DNA of 64,000 nt from an uncultured Collinsella sp. (GCA_900547765.1 URIA01000002.1:2620-66619); one strand, 5' to 3'; counted from the stretch's first letter, positions 46,469 through 56,421 are shown. Translations and numbers: made by a program. The notes: a model not told the origin generated them from the letters alone.

Positions 46469-47773
46469 TTAGATGGTGAATTCGGCGAAGTTGCGGTCAC
46501 CGTCTGCAGCGCCGGTGTCGCCTGTTGCGGCTGCCGGCGCCAGCGCGTCGCCGCCGACGCTTTGCAGCAGCTCCGCCACATTTGCATCGGGGTTCTGACA
46601 CAGGATATCGAGCAGCTCGATAAAGTCACGGATGACCTCACGCGGCGTTAAGTGCGTATCGGCTCCCACGCGGCCAAACTCAATCTTGAGAAAGCCCACC
46701 AAGTCGTTCTCGGTAAGCGTGGGTGTCCAGCCAAAGTAGCCGGCATGGATCTGCATGAGTTTTTCGATGAGCACCAGCAGTTCCTCATAGGTGAGTGGCT
46801 GCAGGCGGATGATGGGCGCGAGCATGTCCTTAAGGTCCTCGCGCGCAAAGCGGCCCTGAGCGAGTCGGCTGCGCAGGGCTTCGTAGGAGAACATGCCGCG
46901 GCGGCGGTCTTCGATGGAGGTTGGCGTGCCGCCCATGATTATGCCCAGGTACTGCGCTTTGCCCTGGAGCGTGTCGTTGTACATGGTCAAGATCTTCTCG
47001 TAGTTGTATTGGCGCGTGATCGCGTTGGGAATCTTGTACAGATTCACGAGCTCGTCGATGAGCACCAGCATGCCCTTGTAGCCGCTGCAGACCAAAAAGC
47101 GCGCAATGAGCTTAACGTAGTCGTACCAGTCGTCATCGCTGATGATGGTCGAGGAGCCCAGCTCGGCGCGTGCCTCACTCTTGGTGCGGTACTCGCCGCG
47201 AATCCATTTGGTCACGCGGCTCATGGCTTCTTCGTCGCCCTCGGATACTGCCGCGCGGTAGCGGCGGAGCATGCGGGCGAAGTCGAAGCCGTGGACCATT
47301 TCCTCGAGCGGGGCCAGTTGGGCATTGACGGCAGACTCATCGGCATCGGCACACGAGGCGACCCAGCGATCCAGGATAAGGTTGAGCGCACCGCCCTCGG
47401 GGCGCGTTTTAGTCGATATGTTGCGGATGAGCTCACGGTAGGTGGCAAGGCCCTGTCCCTGGCCGCCCTGCAGGCGGCGCTCAGGGGATAGGTCGGCATC
47501 GGCCACGACGAATCCCTCGCCCATGGCGTGCGTGCGGATGGTCTGGAGCAAAAAGCTCTTGCCGGCTCCGTAGCGACCGACCAGAAAGCGGAAGCTTGCG
47601 CCGCCGCCGGCGATGAGACTCAGGTCGGTGAGCAGGGCGCGGATCTCGACCTCGCGTCCTACAGTGATATAGGGAAGGCCGATGCGCGGGACCACGCCGC
47701 CCTTGAGCGAGTTGAGAATGACGGCAGCGACGCGCTTGGGCACGCGGGGTGCTGCGGATGCGTTATCACTCAT
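46469..47773 (-). CDS. P-loop ATPase, DUF2791-like (BrxD-like; Shango SngB-like)
   Basis: Walker A GRYGAGKS, Walker B region VLIDE; ~430 aa. The start overlaps the upstream gene end. Confidence 0.75.
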   Translation of the reverse strand: MSDNASAAPRVPKRVAAVILNSLKGGVVPRIGLPYITVGREVEIRALLTDLSLIAGGGASFRFLVGRYGAGKSFLLQTIRTHAMGEGFVVADADLSPERRLQGGQGQGLATYRELIRNISTKTRPEGGALNLILDRWVASCADADESAVNAQLAPLEEMVHGFDFARMLRRYRAAVSEGDEEAMSRVTKWIRGEYRTKSEARAELGSSTIISDDDWYDYVKLIARFLVCSGYKGMLVLIDELVNLYKIPNAITRQYNYEKILTMYNDTLQGKAQYLGIIMGGTPTSIEDRRRGMFSYEALRSRLAQGRFAREDLKDMLAPIIRLQPLTYEELLVLIEKLMQIHAGYFGWTPTLTENDLVGFLKIEFGRVGADTHLTPREVIRDFIELLDILCQNPDANVAELLQSVGGDALAPAAATGDTGAADGDRNFAEFTI

Positions 47774-49526
47774 GGTCTAGGTATCCTCTCACGTCTGCTT
47801 CGTAGTCCTCGATAATGTGCGGTCCTGCTGCGCCAAATTCAATTACGGTGTCACCCACCAGGTCAAAGAGCGCCTCGTTGATGGTATCGACGAGCATGTC
47901 CTCGCTCTGGCCCGACCTCTCCACTGCCGATGCCGTCTGTGCCACGTTCTGCTCGAGCAGTGCGTGAAGGAAGGCATCTGCGGCGGGCGCGAGTTCGGTT
48001 GCGGTGCCAGCGGGTGCAGTCGATACGACCGCTGGCGTCGGTGCGAGGAGCGGTGCCACGACGCCAAACTGTTCGGTGGAAATGGTTGGCTCGTCGGCTT
48101 CGTTGCGCTCCGTGGGCGTCGCGATCGGCTCGGTCATCACGTCGGCCGCGGGCTTGGCTTCCGGCTGCTCGGAGCCTGCCTCATCGACCTCTGCGAGTAT
48201 ATCGTCCTCGCGCTCTTCGTCGATTAAAAGTGCTTCGCGCGTTTGCGCAGCGGCGCTCCGAATGTGCCCCAGCTGAGTCAGGTCGATATCGATCTTGACG
48301 GGCTGGTGCGCGGCGTCCCACGAAAGCCATGCCACGATCTCGTCATCGATGATCTTGGCCAGATATTTGGGGACCTTCTCCTCCTTCAGGGGATGGGTGG
48401 GGTCTAGGGCCAGGCGCAGGCGTTGGTCGCAGGCGCGCATCATCTCACCGAGCTTGCTGCTTTTTTGTCTGCTGCCGTGGATGCGCATGCATTCCCAAAA
48501 GCCATTTTGGCAGCGGTAGATGTGAATGGGGTCCAGGCGATATTCGCAGTCCTCGTGGCGCTCGGGCGCAAAGAACACGGCCGAGGCAAACATGGTGTAG
48601 GGCATGGCCGTCTCCTCCCCAAACAAGCTCGCTACGATGCCGGTCTTTCGGTGCGTGTCATAGTAGCGCGCCATACGGACATACACGGCGCATGCCACGT
48701 GGCGCAGGTCGCGATGGTGGGAACGGTCGAGCCGTGAGTTATTCAGGTTGTACGTGGAGAGGGCGTTTATAGCGGTCATGAGTCGCTCCTCGCCTGCCTC
48801 GTCGGGCGGAAGGGGGAGCGTGGGCTCGGAGGTTTTGCGACGCTTGGGGACTTGGGCCGACGGCGTCGGTGTAGGTGCAAGGTCTCGAGCCGCGCGGCGC
48901 AGCTCGATGAGGGCGTTGTCGAACATGACGGTTTTAGAGTCGCGAAGCAGCTTGGGGTCGAGTCCGTGGAACACGGCGTAGTCCTGCAGCCACACGCGTG
49001 CAAACCGATCGATGCCGGGCTCGAAGGCGCGGTAGGCATCCCAAAAGGCCTTGATTTTGTTAAAACCATCGAGTGGGTCATCTACGCCAATGCCACAGAT
49101 CAGCTCATAGAGATACAGGAAGGCAAAGGACGTAGACGTTTCCTCGACGGTTCCGCGGCGCACTTGTGCACGCCAGGTAAAATAGCCACGCAACTGCCGA
49201 TCGCTCATGGCGTTATAGGTGGGAAAGTACGACTTGAACGTACCGTTGTAGGGGCAGTCGTCCTCAAAGTCGGCCATCAGCAGGCCTTGGCGGTAGAAAA
49301 GCTCGGCTTCCGAAAGCCAGCGACCCGCGCCGCCTTTGGGGTCATCCTGCCAGCGCGATATCTCGCGCATCTTGCGGTATTGGTCGGGAAGGAAGTTCTG
49401 CATCTGACGACCGGTTTTGAGAATTGGCTCGTCAGCATAGACTTCGTTTGAGAAGCGAGCAGACTGATGGGTCCGGGCCTCGGCCATAATGCGCTCGATG
49501 AGCATCTTGATGTCCTGGTCGGCCAC
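47766..49526 (-). CDS. TerB-N / TerB-C domain protein (Shango SngA-like)
   Basis: Conserved …QLRGYFTWR… block typical of TerB-N-containing proteins; acidic, low-complexity C-terminal half. GTG start with GAGAGGAGG-agcg. Confidence 0.6.
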   Translation of the reverse strand: MADQDIKMLIERIMAEARTHQSARFSNEVYADEPILKTGRQMQNFLPDQYRKMREISRWQDDPKGGAGRWLSEAELFYRQGLLMADFEDDCPYNGTFKSYFPTYNAMSDRQLRGYFTWRAQVRRGTVEETSTSFAFLYLYELICGIGVDDPLDGFNKIKAFWDAYRAFEPGIDRFARVWLQDYAVFHGLDPKLLRDSKTVMFDNALIELRRAARDLAPTPTPSAQVPKRRKTSEPTLPLPPDEAGEERLMTAINALSTYNLNNSRLDRSHHRDLRHVACAVYVRMARYYDTHRKTGIVASLFGEETAMPYTMFASAVFFAPERHEDCEYRLDPIHIYRCQNGFWECMRIHGSRQKSSKLGEMMRACDQRLRLALDPTHPLKEEKVPKYLAKIIDDEIVAWLSWDAAHQPVKIDIDLTQLGHIRSAAAQTREALLIDEEREDDILAEVDEAGSEQPEAKPAADVMTEPIATPTERNEADEPTISTEQFGVVAPLLAPTPAVVSTAPAGTATELAPAADAFLHALLEQNVAQTASAVERSGQSEDMLVDTINEALFDLVGDTVIEFGAAGPHIIEDYEADVRGYLDHE

Positions 49527-49613
49527 CGCTCCTCCTCTCGAACGCAGCTACGGTGACCTCATATCATAGCACAGCATCAAACAGGTGTTCGAGATACCGC
49601 TGCGTTGATAGAT

Positions 49614-50330
49614 TTAGAACAGGAGGGCATAGATGACGGCTATGACAACGGAGGGGAGCATATTGGCCGTGCGGAAGGTCTGAGGACGGATGAGGTTGAC
49701 TCCGACGCAGAAGATGAGCATAGAGCCCACGAGCGATAGGCTGTCGAGGGCGGCGGCGGTCATGATGGGGGAGAGCGCGCCGGCAAACAGCGTGATCGTC
49801 CCCTGGAACACGGCGACGGGCAGGGCGGAGAAAATGCAGCCGCGGCCAAGCGACGCCGTCATGGTGCAGACGATGATGCAGTCCAATGCGCCTTTCAGGG
49901 CAAGCGTTGACCAGTCACCGAGCAGACCGTCCTGGATCGATCCCACAATGGCCATGGCGCCGATACACACGGTGAGTGAAGTCGAGACGAAAGCGTTGGT
50001 GAACTCGTTATCGCCCTCGCTGCCGGTTTTGCGCTTGAGCCATTCGCCAAGGTTTTCAATGGCGGCCTCCAAGTTGATGGCCTCGCCGATGAGCGAGCCG
50101 AGGGCGAACGAGACAATGAGCATGGTGGTACCGGTGGTCGCCAGCGCCTTTCCATCGATGATGAGCATCTTTTGCATGGTGCCGCCAAGGCCGATAAACA
50201 GGACGCACAGCCCCGATGCTTTCATGAGCGTGTCTTGGATGCGCGGTGTGATGAAGCGGCCGCCCGCTAATCCCAAAAGACCGCCCGCAACTAAAAGCAC
50301 AACGTTGATGATTGTTCCCAAGCCCGGCAT
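49614..50330 (-). CDS. DUF554-family membrane protein
   Basis: Polytopic, Gly/Ala/Leu-rich; ATG 50330 with RBS AGGAGGG. Confidence 0.7.
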   Translation of the reverse strand: MPGLGTIINVVLLVAGGLLGLAGGRFITPRIQDTLMKASGLCVLFIGLGGTMQKMLIIDGKALATTGTTMLIVSFALGSLIGEAINLEAAIENLGEWLKRKTGSEGDNEFTNAFVSTSLTVCIGAMAIVGSIQDGLLGDWSTLALKGALDCIIVCTMTASLGRGCIFSALPVAVFQGTITLFAGALSPIMTAAALDSLSLVGSMLIFCVGVNLIRPQTFRTANMLPSVVIAVIYALLF

Positions 50331-50448
50331 GAGCCCTCCTGTATTGATGCCAACGTGGCAATCGTAGCAGAACGAAATGCGAGGCACATCGCGACTCATC
50401 TAATACGTTATATAAGTGGTGTTAGGAATGATGCGCAGCATTTAAGCC

Positions 50449-51174
50449 TCAGGTGGTTGTCGGGACATAGGGATAGTAGTCAAAGCGCAGTGTCATAAGC
50501 CGCTGTGGGGATTCAATAGCCGCGGCGATGATATTGGCATCGCGGGCACGATCAAACCCTTCGAGTTCGATCTGATACGAGACGTCTTGCATAATGTCCA
50601 GACGTCGCCAGGCTAGGAGTGTGTCACCATCGAATTCCAAGGTCTTGCCTCCGTCTGGAGCAACGGCGTATAGACGCAGCTTGGCGGTGGTTGCGGGGTC
50701 GACAACCGTGACCTTTTTAATTTCGTTTCGAGTATTCTTGGCGCCCAACAAGGTGAGCAGTGTTGGGGCCACGACCTCGCCCGATGGCAAAAAGACGACT
50801 TCGATGGATTCAGGAAATGCGATGATGGCCGACTTGCGGACGGGCTGATTGGCGGCGGCAACTTCGATGTTCGCAGCGTCGATGACCTCTGTGTGGTCGA
50901 GCGCGGCAAGCACGCAGCAGTTACCTTCATCGATCTCTTGAGGATCAGCAAGCCCCAGACTGTCTGCGAGCTCGGGATCGTTTGGATCGTTAGCGGGCTC
51001 ATTCGGTGCTTCGAAAGAAGCTGGGACGCTGTTTGTCGGCGACGGCGTGTCGCCCGCACCTGCTTCTTTGTCCGCGTTCTCTTCTTGTATGGTTGCGTTG
51101 ATGGGTTCGTCGTTTGAGGGGAGCGTCTTGGCGTCAAGCGCGGAGGGGATAATTCCGATGGCTCCTGATCCGTT
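50449..51174 (-). pseudogene. In-frame continuation of the upstream secreted-protein gene after a TGA stop (possible nonsense mutation or readthrough)
   Basis: No stop codon and no ATG between the TGA at 51175-51177 and the GTG-initiated ORF 50449..50913. The 87-codon intervening stretch is a Pro/Asp/Glu-rich linker. Confidence 0.4.
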
Positions 51175-51879
51175 TCACTCCATTTCGAGAAGCGCCGGGT
51201 CGGCAAGAATGCGTTGCCTGCTTTGCGCGTGGGCATCGATTTCAATAGGGCCTGCCTCTATCCCTCGTGTAAGGCTGAGTGATCCGGCTGGCTTCTCGAA
51301 ATGAGCGTCTGTGTCTTTGGTGCTGACGGCGTAGAACAGCAGGGACGCTTCTCCCGCCGCGATGGCATCGGTGTCGGCTTTGGTCAACCGCAACGATGCC
51401 GTGAATGAGAGGGTGGGCTGCGTGTCGTCTGCATTCGCGGCGGCGCAGCCCAGACATATACCGCCTCCTTTCTCGAAAAACGCACCGTCGAAGGCGACCT
51501 TCGCTCCGTTCGCCGAGTCATCGATCGAAGCGATGTCGATGTGCAGCTCTAAATTGCATGGATCGCCATCTGCGTCGAGCACAACCGAGCGCCACGTGCA
51601 GACGGCGTACCCCGCCTGGGAGCCGTTTGCCTTGTTCGAACGATTGATATCCACGACTATCGAACCGTCCGTATTACGACGAAGGCATCCCGAGGTTGAG
51701 ATTGCAGCCTGTGCGATCGAAAAACGCTTGCACGCAATGGCGCTCGACGGATTTGATGCGGAGCTTAGGGCTGCTGGTAAGGAGTCTGCCATGACGGGAG
51801 TCGCCCAAGCGGCGACAGGCGTTCCGGTTGCGAGCGCGCCGCAGAGTGCGACGACGGGCAAAAGGTTCTTCGATGCCAT
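51175..51879 (-). CDS. Secreted hypothetical protein (N-terminal part of an interrupted larger gene?)
   Basis: Signal peptide MASKNLLPVVALCGALATGTPVAAWA; RBS AAGGAG; ends at a TGA that is in-frame with the downstream ORF. Confidence 0.55.
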   Translation of the reverse strand: MASKNLLPVVALCGALATGTPVAAWATPVMADSLPAALSSASNPSSAIACKRFSIAQAAISTSGCLRRNTDGSIVVDINRSNKANGSQAGYAVCTWRSVVLDADGDPCNLELHIDIASIDDSANGAKVAFDGAFFEKGGGICLGCAAANADDTQPTLSFTASLRLTKADTDAIAAGEASLLFYAVSTKDTDAHFEKPAGSLSLTRGIEAGPIEIDAHAQSRQRILADPALLEME

Positions 51880-51897
51880 GGGGTCTCCTTAGCTAAT

Positions 51898-52762
51898 TTA
51901 GTGCGGCCTGTCCGTGTTTTGTTTCTGGCTGCGTTTGATGTGCAGGCCGAGGCTGGCGGTTCCCGCGCCTGCTGCTGTGGCGCCTGCTGCCAAGAGCCAT
52001 CGTCCATCGCCTGTCTGCGCCAATGGTTCCTCGCGGTTGCCGCGGTCGAGCCCCGAGAGGTCGACCGTCACTTGCGTGGCGGCCTGCGCCTGTTCTTGCT
52101 GGGCAAAGGCCATGGCTGGGCCAAACGCTAGGATGCTGACGGCGGCGGCCAGGGCGACGGCCTTATGCCGTGTGCGCACCGGGCTCGACCGTCCAGGTGA
52201 TCGTTGCAACCTGATCGCCTTCGCCGGTTACGCGGAAGATGTCGCGCGTGACGCGGGCGACGTTTCCGCTTGTCTTGAGCTTAATTTTGTCCTTGCCGCC
52301 GGCAATGCCCTGGTAGCTCATGTCGAAGGCTGCGTTCTTGGAAAGATCGAGGCCCGTCCCCTGCATTGCGGCGCTGGCGTTCTGGAGTGCGCCGTCGGGG
52401 CCGACCTTAAAGTCGATGGAGTTCTGCGCGGTTCCGGCCTTGGCGTCGGCAGCAATGGTCCAGGTGTTCATGGCGTCGATCTTCATGTTGGTGACATGGA
52501 TGCCGTAGGCCGAATGATTGTCGATGGTGGTCGCGTCTTCTGAGGGGCCCTGAAGCGTGCCGTCGGCCTTGGCGACGAAGGGAATAACCGTCGGAACTTT
52601 GAACTCAACGTTGTCGATCTCGGTCCTGACCATTACTTTCGTGGTTCCAACGCGCCCGGCCGCCATAGCTGGCGTCGGGGCAGCGCCCATTGCGAGCGCG
52701 AGCGCGAGCCCTGCGCCCACGACGAGCGCTCTGGCTCCGTTCATGTTCCTGGTGATGTCCAT
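51898..52762 (-). pseudogene. LPXTG-type cell-wall-anchored surface protein, apparently frameshifted
   Basis: 5' ORF 52163..52762 has a signal peptide. 3' ORF 51898..52209 (TTG 'start') ends with LAQTG + hydrophobic stretch + KRSQK tail, a sortase sorting signal. The two overlap by 47 nt in different frames. Confidence 0.45.
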
Positions 52763-52852
52763 GGTCGTTCCTTTCTATTCGCCGCGGGCCGTCCCCGCGA
52801 TGATTGGACGAATGCTGGTGAATTGCGTGCGGTGCCGCGTCGGCCGGAAAAG

Positions 52853-53362
52853 CTAGTTCTCGGCTTGCTCAACCCGCACCTTGACACGTGTCGGATTGCC
52901 GTGGCTGTCGAGGGTCTTGGCATCGAGTGCCTGGATCTCGATGTACGCCTCGCCTTCTTTGATGTCGCCGGCGGGGCACGTCTCGATTGTCTTGCCGGTC
53001 TCGACCACACCGGATTCGTACATGGTCTCGTCGTTTTGGATGACGCGGAATCGCTGGGGAAATTTATTGTCTTGGACGTTTTGCACGTTGACGCGCAGCT
53101 TGCCGTCCTCCTGCAGCTGAGCGACCGGCGCGACCGAAATCGTCATCATGTTGTCGCGGACGATAGCGTCGAGCTCATCTTGGATTTCCTGACGCGTTTT
53201 GCCCTCGGCCGTCGTAACCGAAGCGCCCGCCTCGGGTACGGGCTGCGACTGCCAAGCGTATAGTCCTACGGCGACAAGGGCGCAGACGATGGCCAAACAG
53301 GCAACGATGAGCTTCTTGCGACGACCCAGGCCTACAAAGTGGGGTGGCCTCTTCGCGCTCAT
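52853..53362 (-). CDS. Hypothetical membrane-anchored protein
   Basis: N-terminal TM helix; ATG overlaps the upstream stop (ATGA). Confidence 0.55.
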   Translation of the reverse strand: MSAKRPPHFVGLGRRKKLIVACLAIVCALVAVGLYAWQSQPVPEAGASVTTAEGKTRQEIQDELDAIVRDNMMTISVAPVAQLQEDGKLRVNVQNVQDNKFPQRFRVIQNDETMYESGVVETGKTIETCPAGDIKEGEAYIEIQALDAKTLDSHGNPTRVKVRVEQAEN

Positions 53363-53655
53363 GCGGCATCCTTGGCGGTATAGATGCGCGCAAAGGTGGA
53401 CGGGTCCGCTCCAAAGAGCATGTGAAGCATCAGGCGGCGCGAGTAAGCAAGCTCGTCGAAGTCGGGAGGGAGCTCGATGTCGTGGATATGCGCGATGTGG
53501 TGGGCGAGCGCCGAGAACGACTCGGGGTCGCAGATCGCATCGGTGGTAACGTGGTAGACCGTCGTATCGGGGAATGCCTCTTCGTCGAAAGGCAGGAGAT
53601 GGGGATCGTCGTCGACTTCGATGGCGATGCCGTACTGGGGCCAGTAATATGCCAT
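53359..53655 (-). CDS. Hypothetical small protein
   Basis: ATG 53655 with RBS GGGAGG; translationally coupled to the downstream membrane-protein gene. Confidence 0.5.
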   Translation of the reverse strand: MAYYWPQYGIAIEVDDDPHLLPFDEEAFPDTTVYHVTTDAICDPESFSALAHHIAHIHDIELPPDFDELAYSRRLMLHMLFGADPSTFARIYTAKDAA

Positions 53656-54001
53656 GGGAACCTCCCTGCTTCTTGGGCCAAAACTTCTATCGGTTTTGGC
53701 TGTCGATGCCGACCGTATCAGTCGCAACTTGACCAATTTCTGACCAAATGCTTGACGGATTGGCGTCTCAGCAGGTAAAAGGCGGCAAAAATTACTTCAA
53801 CTTTTTTCGGGCGACAATCGAGCGATCGGCGACGGCGGGGCCATATGTGTCAAAAGCATCGTCTGCCGAGGAAACCTTGCCGCTCGCCGAATTGCACGAA
53901 CGTAAAAATCGCCAATTATGGAGACGGTCTCGAACACGTCGACGAAACGATGCGGTAACATCTCCCTGCAAACACTGTAGTTAGCTAAAGGGGGAGTTCG
54001 C

Positions 54002-55603
54002 GTGTCTGCAACCATCAAACCCTTCACCGACGAGTTCGAAGAGTATGGCCGCGATGAGTCTCGCACGTCGGGCGAGGCCTCGAGCATCTCGTTTCCGACA
54101 ACGGAAGACGAGGTCCGTGCCATTTTGGAAAAGCTCCATGCCGAGCGTGTCCCGGTAACGGTTCAGGGCGCCCGAACCGGCCTTGCCGCCGGTGCCGTGC
54201 CCCACGGCGGGCATATCCTCAATACTTCCCGTATGAATCGCTACTTGGGCCTTCGCCGCGATGAACAAGGTCGCTTTCTACTGCGCGTGGAGCCGGGTGT
54301 TGTGCTTTCTGAGCTGCGCAAGCAGCTGGGCAAGAAGGTGCTGCCGACTGCTGGTTGGGACCAGGCATCGCTTGAGGCCTACGAGGAGTTCCAAGAGGCC
54401 CCCGAGCAGTTCTTTCCCACCGATCCCACCGAGACGTTTGCCTGTCTGGGCGGCATGGCGGCATGTAACGCCTCTGGTGCCCGCAGCTACGCCTACGGCT
54501 CCTTGCGCCCACATATCACGGGACTCCACGTCGCGCTGGCTGATGGCGATTTGCTTGAGCTTCAGCGCGGCGAGGCTTTTGCCCAGGGCCGCCACCTGTC
54601 GCTCGTGACGGCAGCGGGCCGTACGCTCGAGCTCGATCTTCCCGGCTATACCATGCCCAAGACAAAAAATGCCTCAGGCTATTTCGTTGCGGACGAAATG
54701 GACGCCATCGACCTCTTTATCGGTGCGTGCGGCACACTCGGCGTCATTACCGAGCTCGAGATCGCCCTGCAGGCGGCGCCTGCGGTCGTTTGGGGTGTGA
54801 GCTGCTTTTTCGATAGCGAAGACAAGGCCGTGTCCTTTACCGATTCCGTGCGTCCCGTCCTGTCCCATGCGGCTGCCATCGAGTACTTCGACGCTGGCGC
54901 CCTGGATATTCTACGTCGCCAGCGCGAGCAGTCGACGGCGTTTGCCTCGCTGCCGGCGCTCGACAAAGACGCCAAGGTCTGTGTCTACGTGGAGCTCGAC
55001 TGCGATGACGAGGCCCAGGCGACCGAGGAACTGTACCACCTGGGATGGGTGCTGGAGCTTGCGGGCGGCCGCGACGATGCGACATGGGTCGCGCGCACCG
55101 AGGTCGATCGCGAGTGCCAGCGATTCTTCCGCCACGCGGTGCCCGAGAGCGTCAACATGCTTATCGACGAGCGTCGCCGCACCGACCCCACCATCACCAA
55201 GCTGGGCTCGGACATGTCGGTGCCCAATGCACGCCTTGCCGATGTCGTGGCCCTCTATCGCCGCACACTGGCCGAAAGCGGGCTTGAATCTGCTGCCTGG
55301 GGGCACATCGGTAACAACCATCTGCATGTGAACATCCTGCCGCGCGATGCGCAAGACTACCGTCGCGGTGGCGAGCTGTTTGCCCAGTGGGCTGCCGAGG
55401 TAACGGCTATGGGCGGCGCCGTCTCCGCCGAACACGGCGTCGGCAAGATCAAGGCTGGCTTCTTGGAGACGATGTACGGCCACGAGGCCATGGTCGAGTC
55501 GGCGCAGCTCAAGCTCCAGCTCGATCCTGCCGGCCAGCTGGGTCGCGGCAACCTGTTTGCGGAGAAGCTCTTGGATGAACTCGTCCAGAAAGGGGGCGCG
55601 TGA
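54002..55603 (+). CDS. FAD-binding oxidoreductase (GlcD / LctD-like D-lactate dehydrogenase family)
   Basis: FAD_binding_4 region (…PVTVQGARTGLAGGAVP…); ~530 aa. GTG start after AAAGGGGGAG. Confidence 0.8.
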   Translation: MSATIKPFTDEFEEYGRDESRTSGEASSISFPTTEDEVRAILEKLHAERVPVTVQGARTGLAAGAVPHGGHILNTSRMNRYLGLRRDEQGRFLLRVEPGVVLSELRKQLGKKVLPTAGWDQASLEAYEEFQEAPEQFFPTDPTETFACLGGMAACNASGARSYAYGSLRPHITGLHVALADGDLLELQRGEAFAQGRHLSLVTAAGRTLELDLPGYTMPKTKNASGYFVADEMDAIDLFIGACGTLGVITELEIALQAAPAVVWGVSCFFDSEDKAVSFTDSVRPVLSHAAAIEYFDAGALDILRRQREQSTAFASLPALDKDAKVCVYVELDCDDEAQATEELYHLGWVLELAGGRDDATWVARTEVDRECQRFFRHAVPESVNMLIDERRRTDPTITKLGSDMSVPNARLADVVALYRRTLAESGLESAAWGHIGNNHLHVNILPRDAQDYRRGGELFAQWAAEVTAMGGAVSAEHGVGKIKAGFLETMYGHEAMVESAQLKLQLDPAGQLGRGNLFAEKLLDELVQKGGA

Positions 55604-55605
55604 AT

Positions 55606-56421
55606 ATGAGTGATTTCCATATGGTGGTGTGCGTTAAGGCCGTGCCGGGCAGCACCGAGGTCAAGATGGACCCCAAGACCAATACCATCGTGCGTGATGG
55701 CAAGCAGGCGGTCATTAACCCGTTCGATGCGAGCGCTCTGGAATGCGCGCTGGCGCTGAAGGACGACTTTATCGGCTTTGGCATGGACGTGCGCGTGACG
55801 GTGGTGTCGATGGGCATCCCCGCGACCGAGTCGCTGCTGCGCGACTGCATCGCTCGAGGCGCCGACGACGCGCTGCTGCTGACCGATCGCGCCTTTGCAG
55901 GTGCCGATACCCTGGCAACCACCTATGCCCTCAAGTGCGGCATCGAGGCGCTCGACGAGGACTTCGACCTGCTCATCTGCGGCAAGATGGCGGTGGATGG
56001 CGATACGGCCCAGATTGGCCCCGAGCTTGCCGGTGCTTTTGAGATTCCCTGTGTGACCGACGTGAGCTGCGTGCAAAGCGCGGGCTTTACGACCTGTGGT
56101 TCACTGGCGCTTGTTCACGGCTGCGATGCCGGCGAGGAGACGGTGTGTCTTGAGATGCCGTGCGTGATGACGACTGCCAAGGAGATTGGCCAGTTGCGTA
56201 TGCCGAGTATTGCCGGTATTCGCGCGGCGGAGGAGGCGGACGTGCGCGTGGTCAGTGCCGCCGACGTGAACGCCGACCCCGCGCGTTGCGGTCTTGCCGG
56301 GTCGCCGACACAGGTCGTGCGCTCGTTTGTGCCCGACCGTGACCAAACGTGCGAGGACGTTGACGGAACGGCGTCCGAGCAGGCGGCAAAACTTGCCAAG
56401 ATTATCGAGGGGATGGCATAG
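55606..56421 (+). CDS. etfB: Electron transfer flavoprotein beta subunit
   Basis: MVVCVKAVP… N-terminus and overall EtfB pattern; RBS AAAGGGGG. Confidence 0.85.
   Translation: MSDFHMVVCVKAVPGSTEVKMDPKTNTIVRDGKQAVINPFDASALECALALKDDFIGFGMDVRVTVVSMGIPATESLLRDCIARGADDALLLTDRAFAGADTLATTYALKCGIEALDEDFDLLICGKMAVDGDTAQIGPELAGAFEIPCVTDVSCVQSAGFTTCGSLALVHGCDAGEETVCLEMPCVMTTAKEIGQLRMPSIAGIRAAEEADVRVVSAADVNADPARCGLAGSPTQVVRSFVPDRDQTCEDVDGTASEQAAKLAKIIEGMA

Noticed and set aside
50613-51245. 210-aa ORF overlapping the interrupted secreted-protein gene
   Set aside because: Very basic, low-complexity translation (Arg/Lys/Thr/Pro/Ser-rich). Overlaps in another frame a region better explained by the in-frame continuation described in findings.
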